From: Squalus acanthias
Taxonomy: Eukaryota
Assembly (NCBI GenBank): GCA_030390025.1
Contig: CM059432.1
Coordinates: 139,998,001 to 140,062,000, forward strand
Direction of reading: 5' to 3'
Length of the DNA stretch: 64,000 bases
Positions within the stretch are counted from its first letter, which is position 1. Each line of letters starts with the position of its first letter. Shown here piece by piece: positions 24,873 through 36,170 of this stretch. The notes beneath the pieces are model-generated. The model was not told the origin of the DNA. It worked only from the letters and a program-made list of their open reading frames with translations, and made no database searches. The position numbers and the translations under genes were made by a program.

Positions 24873-25369
24873 GATAGAGGTAGGTGGTACATGTAGGGAC
24901 ATCTGTTTTGATCCATAAAGTCTCCCCTCAGTCAAGTGGAGGGGTGATATTCAGTGCCCTGACCTGTCAAGAAATAATTGCTTACAAAAAGTTAAAATTT
25001 AGTTATGCAACAAATGCTTTAATGATGGTCGGCCTTAATTCAAGCATTTTGATCAAGCAGTGTTGTGTGTGGGTGAGAGAGCATCACACAGCGTGTGCAT
25101 TGTTACCAACTTGGTGCAGTGACTTGCTGTAAATCAATCCACAGGAGACAGATTATACACTGCTTAAGTGTACTCAGGATGATTTAACTCTTTAGCAACG
25201 ATCTTTAATTAACAGACTTCAACTATAATTGAAAATTTCAGCTTTTTTGCTAAAATCCTGATTAGATTTTTAGAATCTTATTCCTAAGAAGTTCCAAACT
25301 ATTCTCTTTTGCTTTTTCCTGAGCTGACTTTCATGCTACCTGAATACTACTGGGCTGTAATCCCTCAGG

Positions 25370-25820
25370 TGTCAGCCGTGGCTCAGTGGGCAGCACTCTT
25401 GCCTCTGAGTCAGAAGGTCGTGGGTTCAATTCCACTCCATGAGACTTGAGCACAAAAATCTGGGCTGACTCTCCCAGTGCAGTACTGAGGGAGTGCTGCA
25501 CTGTCAGAGGTGCTGTCTTTCAGATGAGACGTTAAACCAAGGCCCCGTCTGCTCTCTGAGGAGGATGTAAAAGATATCACGGCACTATTTTGAAGAAGAG
25601 CAGGGGAGTTATCCCCGGTATCCTGGCCAATGTTTATCTCTCAACCAACATCACTTAAACAGAGTATCTGGTCATTGTCACATTGCTGTTTGTGGGAGCT
25701 TGCTGTGCGCAAATTGGCTGCCGCGTTTCCTACATTAGAACAGTGGCAGTACTTCATTGGCTGTAAAACGCGATGGATGTCGTGAAAGGTGCTATATAAA
25801 TGTTAGTCTTTCTTTCTTTC
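25370..25820 (+). mobile_element. Near full-length tRNA-headed DeuSINE (SacSINE1/AmnSINE1-related)
   Basis: A box TGGCTCAGTGG, B box GGTTCAATTCC, Deu-domain-like GATGAGACGTTAAACC...GATGTAAAAGA...GGCACTATT, L2-like tail ending (CTTT)n. Confidence 0.85.
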
Positions 25821-25939
25821 CTTATTATCAGTGCAAAAATTGAACGCGCAAAATCAAGTTTTTTTTATAATCAAGAAAGTAACCCTTCCCCTTTTATCTT
25901 TTTGATATTTAATTGCGACTGTGGAGCACTTGTTCGGGT

Positions 25940-27025
25940 AAGTTTGGACTAATTGGATAGCTCTTTCAAAGAGCTGGCACAGGCACGAGTGGCCTCCTTC
26001 TGTGCCGTGATAAGTGGCGTGTCCCTTATTATCAAGCAAATAGCACAGAATCATAAAATCTATATGGGCAAGTATTATAACTGCTATATCAGATCTATGT
26101 TGTTGAAATAAAATCAAGGATAGCAGTGATGCATTCAAGGGGAAGCTAGATAAACACATGAGGGAGAAAGGAATAGAAGGGTATGCTGACAGAGTGAGAT
26201 GAAGAGGGGTGGGAGGAGGCTCGTGTGGAGCATAATCACTGGCACGGAGGAGCTGAGCCAAATGCCTGTTTCTGTGCTGTAAAATTCTGTGTAATTTTAT
26301 GTAATGAAGTGAGATAAACTGGAATTAGGCTGCATGCCTCACTAAAATCTTTAAACTATTAATTAACACTGGTAAGTAGGTAACCTTACCGCCCTCAGTG
26401 TACTGGATATGTCCTTTTCCGTTCCATATTGCTGAACTGAGCAGAAACCCGGCTTCTGATTTTGTTGGTTTAGTAAATAAACATTATGAATACCAAGTTT
26501 GTCAGCAACAAACTATTCTGATGCTTTTCTTTAATGTAACAGGGAATTCATTTGTCATCAGATGAGCCTGAATTGGAGCAAGGCTCTCACAGAGATAATC
26601 AAGGGGGGTGAGGTATGAAACGGATGATAAATTATAGGATACACTTGATTGTAGGAGTAAGGATGATTTGTGAAATGATAGAGGCCAGGCCATTCTCAGG
26701 AATAGAATAGAAACAACTTCTTACATCTTCTATGTCCATCACATGTATAGTGTAATTCACTTTTTCTTTACTTATTTAATGAAAGAGGAGTATGAGGAGA
26801 ACTTTTTTTTACGCTGCGAGCTGTTATGATCTGGACTGCGCTGCCTGAAGCAGATTCAATAGTAGCTTTCAAACGGGAATTGGATAAATACTTGAAAAGG
26901 AAGAATCTGCTGTGCTATGGGGAGAGCAGGGTGAGTGGGACTAATTGGATCGTTCTTTCAAAGAGCCGGCACAGGCACGATGGGCCAAATGGCCTCCTTC
27001 TGTGGTGTATCATTCTGTGATTGTA
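25940..27025 (+). mobile_element. Three short CR1 3' fragments (25940-26005, 26117-26303, 26790-27025)
   Basis: FKGKLDKHM and FKRELDKYL ORF2 ends with CR1 tails. Confidence 0.75.
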
Positions 27026-27354
27026 TAATACGGTGAACATTGTTAAATTTGTATCCTAAGGAGAGTCACTAATGAAAATACACCGTGAAAATACTACAGC
27101 AATGAGAAGGTCAAGAACTTAACAAGGAGAGAGTGGCCCTTTGGAACCTTAATTAGAAACTGGGGCTTTACCATTGATCAGCCTACAACCTCAGACCCTG
27201 CGGAACGAACAGCTGGAACCCACAGCTTAGATCTCATAAGAAGGCATGTGACCCCATGAATTGTGGTAGTAATGTCTTGTAAGGGAAGGTATGGCTCTTA
27301 TAAAGGAATCCTAAGTAGAATGTGGAAGAGCCTGCCTGAGGTTTAGGGAACGTA

Positions 27355-27790
27355 GGAGGGAATTTTAACATGGGTGAGCAGGTGGGAGTGGGTGCAGGTG
27401 GGGGGTTAAATGGGCAAAGATTGCAAGCGTGTCGGGAAGCCGACTCCCAGGAGGCGGGTTGGCATTTACAATATGTTAATGAGGCTGGAAGCCTCGGGTT
27501 TAACCTGCTTTGCAGGTTTAACTGTGGCCAGGTTTCCCGGGCCTCGGGAAACCCGGCAGCTGCAGCGAGGCGAGGACAGCCTCGGGGAGCACTCCTGGTG
27601 GGCCAGGGGGAGCAGGCATGCTTCATCCCAGCCCCCCAAGCTCCACCCACGTACAAACCTTCCCCCCGGGATCAGACTCCCCCCAGGGTCAGAGATCGGA
27701 CCCTCCTTCAAGTTTGCACCCCCCCCCCGCAATCGGGTCGGGGATTGGAGCACCCCCAGGTCACTTCCATCTGTAAATGCTTTTCGGCAT
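27355..27790. mobile_element. Harbinger-type MITE fragment
   Basis: GC-rich island starting GGGAATTTTAAC. Second terminus not identified. Confidence 0.45.
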
Positions 27791-30027
27791 TGTAGGGATA
27801 ATCCAGTGTCCTTATGATTAATTCCAGTAAGTCCATACCAAGCTCTGAATAAAGATCCAATGGTTAGGGAGTTGAGAGTCACCCCACATCTGAACAATCC
27901 CCTGGATGAATACTGCACCCTTGGAACTGTTGAAGCAGTTTAACAGCAGGCCAATCAATCAATACAATAGTTTTCAATTCAAATGAATTGATAAAGTAAA
28001 CTCTAAACTATTAACCCATAACTTGACAAAGCAGAGACAACAACAATAACGTGCATTTGCATAGCGCCTTTAATGTAGTAAAATGTCGCAAGATGCTTTT
28101 GTCCCAAGGCAATTGTGCCCCTTTTTATCTGGGATGCATAAGTAATTCTGTAGTCACACCAATGGAGTCCATTGCTCTCCTTGAACCTGCTCCCTCACTC
28201 TCATCTGTCATACACATATACACAAAAGCGCAGAAGCAGAGAACAGAAATATTCTTGCATGTTGCCTTATGAGTAATTGAGCCTCTACAACTAGATGGGA
28301 GAGCTAGTCCCTGACCCTTTGAGATAGTTAATCCCTGCCAAAACAAATAAATGATCCATTCTATAACTTGCACAAAGTATTGCTTTCTACCGAAGTTTCA
28401 GTCAGAATAGCTGTTACGATTTCAGCCCTCCAAAGCAGGTTGCGTCAGAATGCTTATATCTTTAAAGAAAACAGACTTATTCAAAGTGTCAGCCACATTA
28501 CTGCCATATCTTTCCTGACTCCAGAGATTATCATAGTTTATATTATCTAAGACCACTTACGCCATCTAATACAGACTTTCCTATCACGCCACAATACCCA
28601 ATAATGGTCCCTGCCTCAGTGCCTTTCTGAGTTTACAACTCATTTTTTAAAACTTTCCTTTTACATTTTAGGGTAGATCTTCCAATAATTCTTCCTGGTA
28701 ATGCAAGGGAGAAGCATACCATTAGAATTGGGAAATTGGACAAGTAGGCCTTTGGCCTGTTTCTCGCCTGATTTCTTCTTCCCAGAATTTTCCAGTCTGA
28801 GAAAATTGCCTGTGCTACGGGCACTCACATTAAATGTGTGCAAGCTTCATTAATTCCCGAATTATGTTATAGGTAATGCCAAGTACATCTTGACGCCGTT
28901 CCCGAATTCTTGCTAGAAACGTGCTTAATGCCTCCAGCACTTTTTTAAAACTGGGAGTTCCAGGAAGATACAGTCAGGAATTTTTAGAGCTTGTGCCCCT
29001 AAAGGTGACTGACAACATTTGCTGTGGAAGTTTAGATTATTGGAGTTCTTTGTTTTTGATTAATTTTTCTGCATTTTTATCCTTACGGTTGTTGCTCTAG
29101 TTTTATGCGTTTCTGCTATTTTTTATGCATTTCTGCTATTTTTTTTAGGCCCATTGGGAGCTGCAATTTCAGTTACAATGACCAAAAAAAAATGGAAATT
29201 TCTCTTGGTATTCTTTTCTTTCTGCTTTTTAAAAAAAAAAATAGTGGGGTCAAGAAGCAGGGTCCAATTTACAGCTGAGGTCGACTGCCCACCCTTACCC
29301 TTAGAGCAAGATACAAGCACCTTGGCCTGTCCTCTACCAGCTACGCTTCACCAAGGAGGTAGTGACAGCTATGCTGTCTCCTTGAAGCAGAGCTTCAGTC
29401 AAGTTCAGCAGGAATGGCTCTACCACTGAATTACTTCAAACCATCTCAGGGGTTATGTGCCAAATTCGTGGATCTGCAGTGCTCCGATGCATACAGGAGG
29501 TGACCGAAGTCTGGCTTGGCAGCGAACTTTTTCCTCTCTTTCCTCATGCAAGTTGCAAGAGGGCACTGCCCTTTTTCTGCATGGCGGGCTTCCCTAAAGT
29601 TCAGGGTATTATGAATGACACACCCAAGACCAGCATAATAGAATGGGATTCCATTCCGTTAATCAGAGATGTCAACATGCAGTATTTACTATGGAGATTC
29701 CAAATTTTTCAGTAAAATCAGCTCGCCTGAGCAGCTCCAACTAGGTAACCAGCTAACACCCCGTATTCATTCTGACAATATTTCTGGAAAAACACGAACA
29801 CCCTTACTGGTGCAATGTGCCTTCCCTGCATGAGCTGATGACCCCACCCATGTTACTTGGGATTGGGGGGTCTGTGCCTGTCCATTCAGGCAGACTTAAA
29901 GGTCCACTCCGTCACACTTCAGTAGAGTGGCCCTACCGAAACCTCAGGGCCAGCAACTTGATAAACTAGCCTCAGCTAGCCGAGTGCTGCAACCTCAAAA
30001 AGAGATGCCCCAGGTTGTGAAAAAAGA

Positions 30028-30400
30028 GGAAAGATCTTGCACTTATATAGCGCAAGTCATGTCCTCAGGATTTACCAAAGTGCTTCACAGCCAATGAATT
30101 GCTTTTGAATTGCAGTTTCTGTTGTTTTGTAGGGAAAGGGCAACAGCCAACCTGTGGACAGCAAACAGCAATGAGATAAATAGCCACTTTTTGGGGGTGT
30201 TGATTGAGGGTTAAATGTTGGCCATGATGTTGGGAGAGGTCCCCAGCCCTTCCTTGAATAGTGCCAAGGGATCTTTTGCGTTCAGTTGAACAAGCAGACG
30301 GGGCCTCGGTTTAATGCCTCATCAGAAAGACAGCACCTCCAACAATGCAGCAGTCCCTCAGTACTGCACTAAAATATCAGCGTAGGTTATGTTCTCAAAT
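30028..30400 (-). mobile_element. DeuSINE (older, 5'-truncated)
   Basis: Antisense match to 25370-25820. Confidence 0.78.
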
Positions 30401-31716
30401 GAAGGGCACATTTCAGTACAGACATCAAGCGGTATTTGTCTACACAGAAGGTGACAAACAGCTGTTGCCAGGCAGAGTGGTTGAGGCCAGAACACTAGAG
30501 TCGTTTAAGAAGCAACTAGATGCTGTAATGGGAAAATAGTAGGATTGGTATTCTGGAAGGATGATATCAAGTTGCTGAATGGGTTTCTTCATCCAAACCT
30601 ATCTTGTGATCTTAACTTTGAAATAAGAAGATCACATCATTTAACGAATATACATAGGGGCTGAAAATCCACAGCAAGGTTTGTTGTTTCTGATTATTTG
30701 ATCACTGGTCAGTTTCCTAATCTCATGGTCCCTATTTCACAGGCTCAATGCTAAATCGACAATTCCAGAAAACATGTTAAAACTCAAACGTTCTCTGTAA
30801 CATATTGAAGGGAAGTGTTTGTTGGTTGAAATACCTAAAAAATAAACCATGAGGATCCCATTCTGTTAGATCAGAAACCAGCTGCAAATCTTCAGTCATG
30901 AAATTGAAACTGAAGGCTGTTGGATTACATAGAACATCAAATCATAACTCTCACAGAAACATCAGTCATTGCAGTGGTAAAGTAATTTTGTTATGTGGAA
31001 TACTTTGGGATGTCGTGTAATATAACAAGGTGCTGTAAAGCGCAAGTATTTTTTTAAACTTTTTGTTGTATTAATCTTTTGTAAGTCGTCGACCTATTAC
31101 AACAAGTGTTTGTTTTAAACCTGTATTAAAAATTTCATACAGGTGACCTAGATCTCTAGTCACAACTATAGGACGCAACTAATAAATTCTTTGAATCTTC
31201 CTTCCCAAAGGAGGCACAAACAGTAGTGAAAACATGGACATTCCTTTGCTTTCCAGGAAAGTGCTGTACATCACTGAGCTGTCATCAGCATTTGCCAACT
31301 TTGCTCATGTGTTAGATGAGAATCCAAAGAAATAGCGTGCAGGATCACAGGATAGATCTATATCTAACTAAATTTAGCATAACTAAATGTATAATCTATA
31401 ATACTTCCATTCAAAGGCCAGCCTAGATTTGCCTGTTAGTTCTATTAAGTGAGACTGGAGAACTCTGACATCTATAAAGCTTTTACGTGAGTCATTTTGC
31501 TGTGTTGGAGACTGAGACCACCTGGGACCTCTCCCTCGTCTACCCTTAACTCCTGATCCACCAGCGGGCAGGACAGACTCTTTGTCCATTCAACTGTTAA
31601 CATTTTTCTTGCTGAATTTTCTAAGGTAAGGGGAAAGAAAAAAGTTAAAGGAATATCTACACGCCCAGATTTTCTGTTGGAGTTACAATGAACCCCGTGT
31701 GTGTTGTAAAAGGAAA

Positions 31717-32003
31717 ACAAGAAAGAACTTGCATTCATATAGCGCCTTTCATGACCTCAGGACGTCCGAAAGCGCTTCACAGCCAATGAAGTACTTTTGA
31801 AATATAAAGAGAAAATGCTGGAAATGCTCAGCAGGTCAGGCAGCATTTGTGGAGAGAGAAACAGAGTTAACGTTTCAGGTCACGGATTTTCTGTTTATTG
31901 CTCAGATTTCCAGCTTCCACAGTATTTTGCCGAAGTACTTTTGAAGTGTAGTCGCTATTGTAATGTGGGCAAACACGGCAGCCAATTTGAACACAGAACA
32001 TCC
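31717..32003 (-). mobile_element. DeuSINE 3' part interrupted by a 130-bp Penelope-terminus insert (31802-31931)
   Basis: 14-bp TSD GAAGTACTTTTGAA at 31788-31801 and 31932-31945. Insert matches the termini at 54240-54320 and 56850-56892. Confidence 0.82.
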
Positions 32004-32339
32004 TAAAATATCCTTGTAAAACATCCTAAGCTGGAATATGATGGAGGATTGCTTGGGATTCATTCTGCTGGCTCTCTGTCTGTCTCAGAGGCGAGAGTAC
32101 TACCACTTAGCTTAGTTTTGGAGGACACGGTCCCTTCCTCCGGGGCTTGTTTCCTCCAGTGTTGACTATTGTTCTCTGTTGGTGTAATTGCTGCTGAACG
32201 AATCTTTCTACAATGAGTGAACCTGCTTCTGTGAACGCTCTGAACTTTTGTTTTAGACCACGTTAGTCATAGAGTCATAACGGCACAGAAGGAGGCCATT
32301 CGGCCCATCGAGTCCGTGCCGGCTCTCTGCGGAGCAATC

Positions 32340-33800
32340 CAGTCAGTCCCATTCCCCTACTCTATCCCCGTAGCCCTGCAAGTTTATTTCCCTCAAGTGC
32401 CTATCCAGTCTCCCCTTGAAAACATGAGTGTCTCCGCTTCCACCACTCCCGTCGGCAGCGAGTTCCAGGTCATCACCACTCACTGCGTAAAAAAGTTTTT
32501 CCTCAAGTCCCCCCCTGTATCTCTTGCCCAAAACCTTAAATCTGTGTCCCCTAGTCCTTGTACCATCAACTAGTGGGAACAGCCTTTCCCCGTCTAGCCT
32601 ATCCAAACCTGTCATAATCTTGTACACCTCTATCAAATCACCCCTCAACCTCCTTTGCTCTAATGAAAACAAATCCAGTTTCTCCAACCTGCCCCTTGTA
32701 GCTAAGCTCCCCCATCCCCGGAACCATTCTGGTAAATCTCCTCTGCACCCTCTCAAGGGCCTTCACATCCTTCCTAAAGTGTGGTGACTAGAACTGGACG
32801 CAATACTCCAGTTGTGGCCTAACCAGCGCTTTATAAAGGTTCAGCATAACTTCTCTACTTTTGTACTCAATACCTCTATTTATGAAGCCCAAGATCCCAT
32901 ACGCTTTGTTAACCACTTCTCTCAATATGTCCTGCCACCTTCAGGGACCTATGCACATTAACTCCCAGGTCCCTCTGTCCCTGCACACTCTTTAAAACTG
33001 TGCCGTTAAGTGTATATTGCCTCTCCCTGTTCCTTCTGCCAAAATGCATCACCTCACACTTTTTGTATTAAATTCCATCTGCCACTTGTCTGCCCATTCT
33101 GCTAGCCTTTCTATGTCCTGTTGCAGTCGATTGATATCATCATCACTGTTTGCCACACCCCCAAGTTTGGTGTCATCGGCAAATTTAGAAATTCTACTCT
33201 GTATTGCAATATCCAGGTCATTTATATATATATCAAAAAAAGCAGTGGTCCCAGCACTGACCCTTGGGGAACACCACTGTCTACCATCCTCCAGTCTGAA
33301 AAACAGCCATTTACCACAATTCGCTGTTTTCTGTCCTTCAGCCAATTCCTTATCCAAGCAGCCACTGACCCACCTATTCCCATGAGCCTCAATTTTGTTA
33401 ACCAGCCGATTTCCCTGCAGATTTGCTCCTCTACCTCCCTCTCACTATTTGGAGGCCTATAGAATACCCCCAATAGCGTGATCATACCCTTTTTGCTCCT
33501 CAACTCTAACCAAATGGATTCTGTCCTTGTCCCCTCAAGAACATCCTCCCTTTCCAACACTACAATGTCTTCCTTAATCAGCACTGCCACCCCCACCTCC
33601 CTTTTTTCCTTCCCTATCTTTTTTGAACACCTTGTACCCTTGAATATAAGTGCCCAGTCCTCACCGTTTTTAAGCCACGTTTCCATTATTGCCACAACAT
33701 CATATTGCCACACAGCTAATTGTGCTTGTAGCTCACCAACCTTATTCACCACACTTTGTGCATTTACGTACATGCATTCTAAACCCATTTTTGAATTTTT
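32340..33800 (-). pseudogene. CR1 ORF2 (APE endonuclease/reverse transcriptase), deleted and frameshifted
   Basis: CMYVNAQSVVNK...METWL...VFYRPPN joined directly to SGVPQGSVLGPLLFLIYI / KFADDTKL. Several frameshifts. Confidence 0.9.
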
Positions 33801-33949
33801 CGTCGTCTTTCTTAGTCTGCTCCTATCTAATATGGTACTACTACCACCTCTAGTACTATCTTCTCTAGTACTATCTAACACACTCACTCTTTTATGCACC
33901 TTATTCCTCTTTTCTACTCCTATATGTTGGTGCCCATCCCCCTGCCAAG

Positions 33950-34900
33950 TTAGTTTAAACCCTCCCCAACAGCACGAGCAAATCTCCCCACAAGAATATT
34001 GATCTCAGCTCTGTTGAGGTGTAACCCGTCCGGCTTGTACAGGTCCCACCTTCCCCAGAAACGGTCCCAATGCCTCAGGAATCTAAAGCCCTCCCTCCTG
34101 CACCATCTCTCCAGCCATGCATTCATCTGTTCTATCCTCCTATTCTTGTACTCACTAGCACGTGGCACCGGGAGTAATCCGGAGATTACTACCTTTGAGG
34201 TCCTGCTTTTTAATCTCTCTCCTAGCTCCCTAAACTCTGCCTGCAGGACCTTATCCCTCTTTCTGCCTGTGGCGTTGGTACCAATATGGACCGCGACCTC
34301 TGGCTGTTCACCCTCCCCCCTCAGAGTGTCCTGCAGCCGCTCAGTGACATCCTTGACCCTGGCACCAGGGCGGCAACATACCATCCTGGAGTCACGTCTA
34401 CAGCCGCAGAAACGCCTGTCTGTTCCCCTAATTATCGAATCCCCTACCTCTATTGCTCTTCTGTTCTTTTTCCTCCCCCCCTGTGCAGCTGAGCCACCCG
34501 TGGTGCTGTGGACTTGACTCTGGCTGCACTCCCCAGAGGAACCATCGCCGTCACCAGTACTCAGAACAGAATACTGGTTGGAGAGCGCGATGCACTCCGG
34601 GGACTCCTGCACTACCTGCCTGGTCCTCCTCTTCTGTCTGGCAGTCACCCATTCCCTCTCTGCCTGTATACTCTTAAGCTGCGGGGTGACCACCTCTAGA
34701 AACGTGCTATCCACGTAACTCTCAGCCTCGCGGATGCACCGCAGTGACTCCAGCCACCGCTCAAGTTCCGAAACCCGGAGCTCGAGTTGCTGTAGCTGGC
34801 GACACTTCCCGCACATGTGGCCGTCCAGGCTACGCGAAGCGTCCAGGACTTCCCACATGGCACAGGATGTGCACTCCACGGGACTGAGCTGCCCTGCCAT
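33950..34900 (-). CDS. CR1 ORF1 protein (Cys-rich zinc finger, coiled coil, SGNH/GDSL esterase domain), 316 aa
   Basis: Open frame with CxxC...CxxC, LELRVSELE, VGDSIIRG, HIGTN and DGLHLN motifs typical of CR1 ORF1 esterase. Confidence 0.9.
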   Translation of the reverse strand: MAGQLSPVECTSCAMWEVLDASRSLDGHMCGKCRQLQQLELRVSELERWLESLRCIREAESYVDSTFLEVVTPQLKSIQAEREWVTARQKRRTRQVVQESPECIALSNQYSVLSTGDGDGSSGECSQSQVHSTTGGSAAQGGRKKNRRAIEVGDSIIRGTDRRFCGCRRDSRMVCCRPGARVKDVTERLQDTLRGEGEQPEVAVHIGTNATGRKRDKVLQAEFRELGERLKSRTSKVVISGLLPVPRASEYKNRRIEQMNAWLERWCRREGFRFLRHWDRFWGRWDLYKPDGLHLNRAEINILVGRFARAVGEGLN

Positions 34901-34979
34901 GCCTTTATTTAATAGACTAAGAACTAACCCAGCAGAAATAAACTTATAAACTTAAAAAAATACACTCACCAGCTACTCA

Positions 34980-35030
34980 CCAATCAGCTCCTTCCCTTGT
35001 GCAGATGTCACTTTTTTTACTCTGACGTCA
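34980..35030 (-). promoter_or_regulatory. CCAAT and CRE motifs in the CR1 5' UTR
   Basis: CCAATCAG at 34980-34987 and perfect TGACGTCA at 35023-35030. Confidence 0.4.
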
Positions 35031-35061
35031 CTTTTTCAAAAACTGCCTCTGTTGAGTTGCT

Positions 35062-36170
35062 GCCGCTCCTTTTAACTGCTCCGCTCTCGCTGTGCTCCCT
35101 CCAGGTCCACTCCTTCCGGTCTCAGGCTCCTGCTACTTGGGACTGCTCCGCTCTCGCTGTGCTCCCTCCAGGTCTGCTCCTTCCGGTCTCAGGCTCCTGC
35201 CGCTCGGGACTGCTCCTTTTAACTGCTCCGCTCTCGCTGTGCTCCCTCCAGGTCCACTCCTTCCGGTCTCAGGCTCCTGCCGCTCGGGACTGCTCCGCTC
35301 TCGCTGTGCTCCCTCCAGGTCCGCTCCTTCCGGTCTCAGGCTCCTGCCGCTCGGGACAGCTCCGCTCTCGCTGTGCTCCCTCCAGGTCCGCTCCTTCCGG
35401 TCTCAGGCTCCTGCCGCTCGGGACTGCTCCTTTTAACTGCTCCGCTCTCGCTGTGCTCCCTCCAGGTCCACTCCTTCCGGTCTCAGGCTCCTGCCGCTCG
35501 GGACTGCTCCACTCTCGCTGTGCTCTCTCCAGGTCCGCTCCTTCCGGTCTCAGGCTCCTGCCGCTCGGGACTGCTCCGCTCTCGCTGTGCTCCCTCCAGG
35601 TCCGCTCCTTCCGGTCTCAGGCTCCTGCCGCTCGGGACAGCTCCGCTCTCGCTGTGCTCCCTCCAGGTCCACTCCTCCCGGTCTCAGGCTCCTGCCGCTC
35701 GGGACTGCTCCTTTTAACTGCTCCGCTCTCGCTGTGCTCCCTCCAGGTCCACTCCTTCCGGTCTCAGGCTCCTGCCGCTCGGGACTGCTCCACTCTCGCT
35801 GTGCTCCCTCCAGGTCCGCTCCTTCCGGTCTCAGGCTCCTGCCGCTCGGGACTGCTCCGCTCTCGCTGTGCTCCCTCCAGGTCCGCTCCTTCCGGTCTCA
35901 GGCTCCTGCCGCTCGGGACAGCTCCGCTCTCGCTGTGCTCCCTCCAGGTCCACTCCTCCCGGTCTCAGGCTCCTGCCGCTCGGGACTGCTCCTTTTAACT
36001 GCTCCGCTCTCGCTGTGCTCCTTCCAGGTCCGCTCCTTCCGGTCTCAGGCTCCTGCCACTTGGGACTGCTCCGCTCTCGCTCTGCTCCCTCCAGGTCTCA
36101 GGCTCCTGCCACTTGGGACTGCTCCGCTCTCGCTGTGCTCCCTCCAGGTCCGCTCCTTCCGGTCTCAGGC
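35062..36170 (-). repeat. 67-bp tandem monomer array (~16 units) with periodic 13-bp insert at the CR1 5' end
   Basis: Unit GACTGCTCCGCTCTCGCTGTGCTCCCTCCAGGTCCGCTCCTTCCGGTCTCAGGCTCCTGCCGCTCGG. TTTTAACTG marker at 35070, 35217, 35431, 35712 and 35993. Confidence 0.95.

Larger units (their letters stand above)
32266..36170 (-). mobile_element. CR1 LINE with 5' repeat array, ORF1, internally deleted ORF2 and 3' tail
   Basis: Collinear on the minus strand: array, 5' UTR, ORF1, APE start, deletion junction near 33405, RT C-terminal half (KFADDTKLGG), 3' tail. Confidence 0.92.

Noticed and set aside
25370..25445. tRNA gene (also 15864, 57680-57752, 58862, 62255-62326)
   Set aside because: A and B boxes are present but run directly into the SINE body, so these are SINE heads.
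33222..33899. 225-aa ORF as a novel endonuclease-RT fusion protein
   Set aside because: It is a chance read-through of the CR1 ORF2 deletion junction and stops before the FADD motif.
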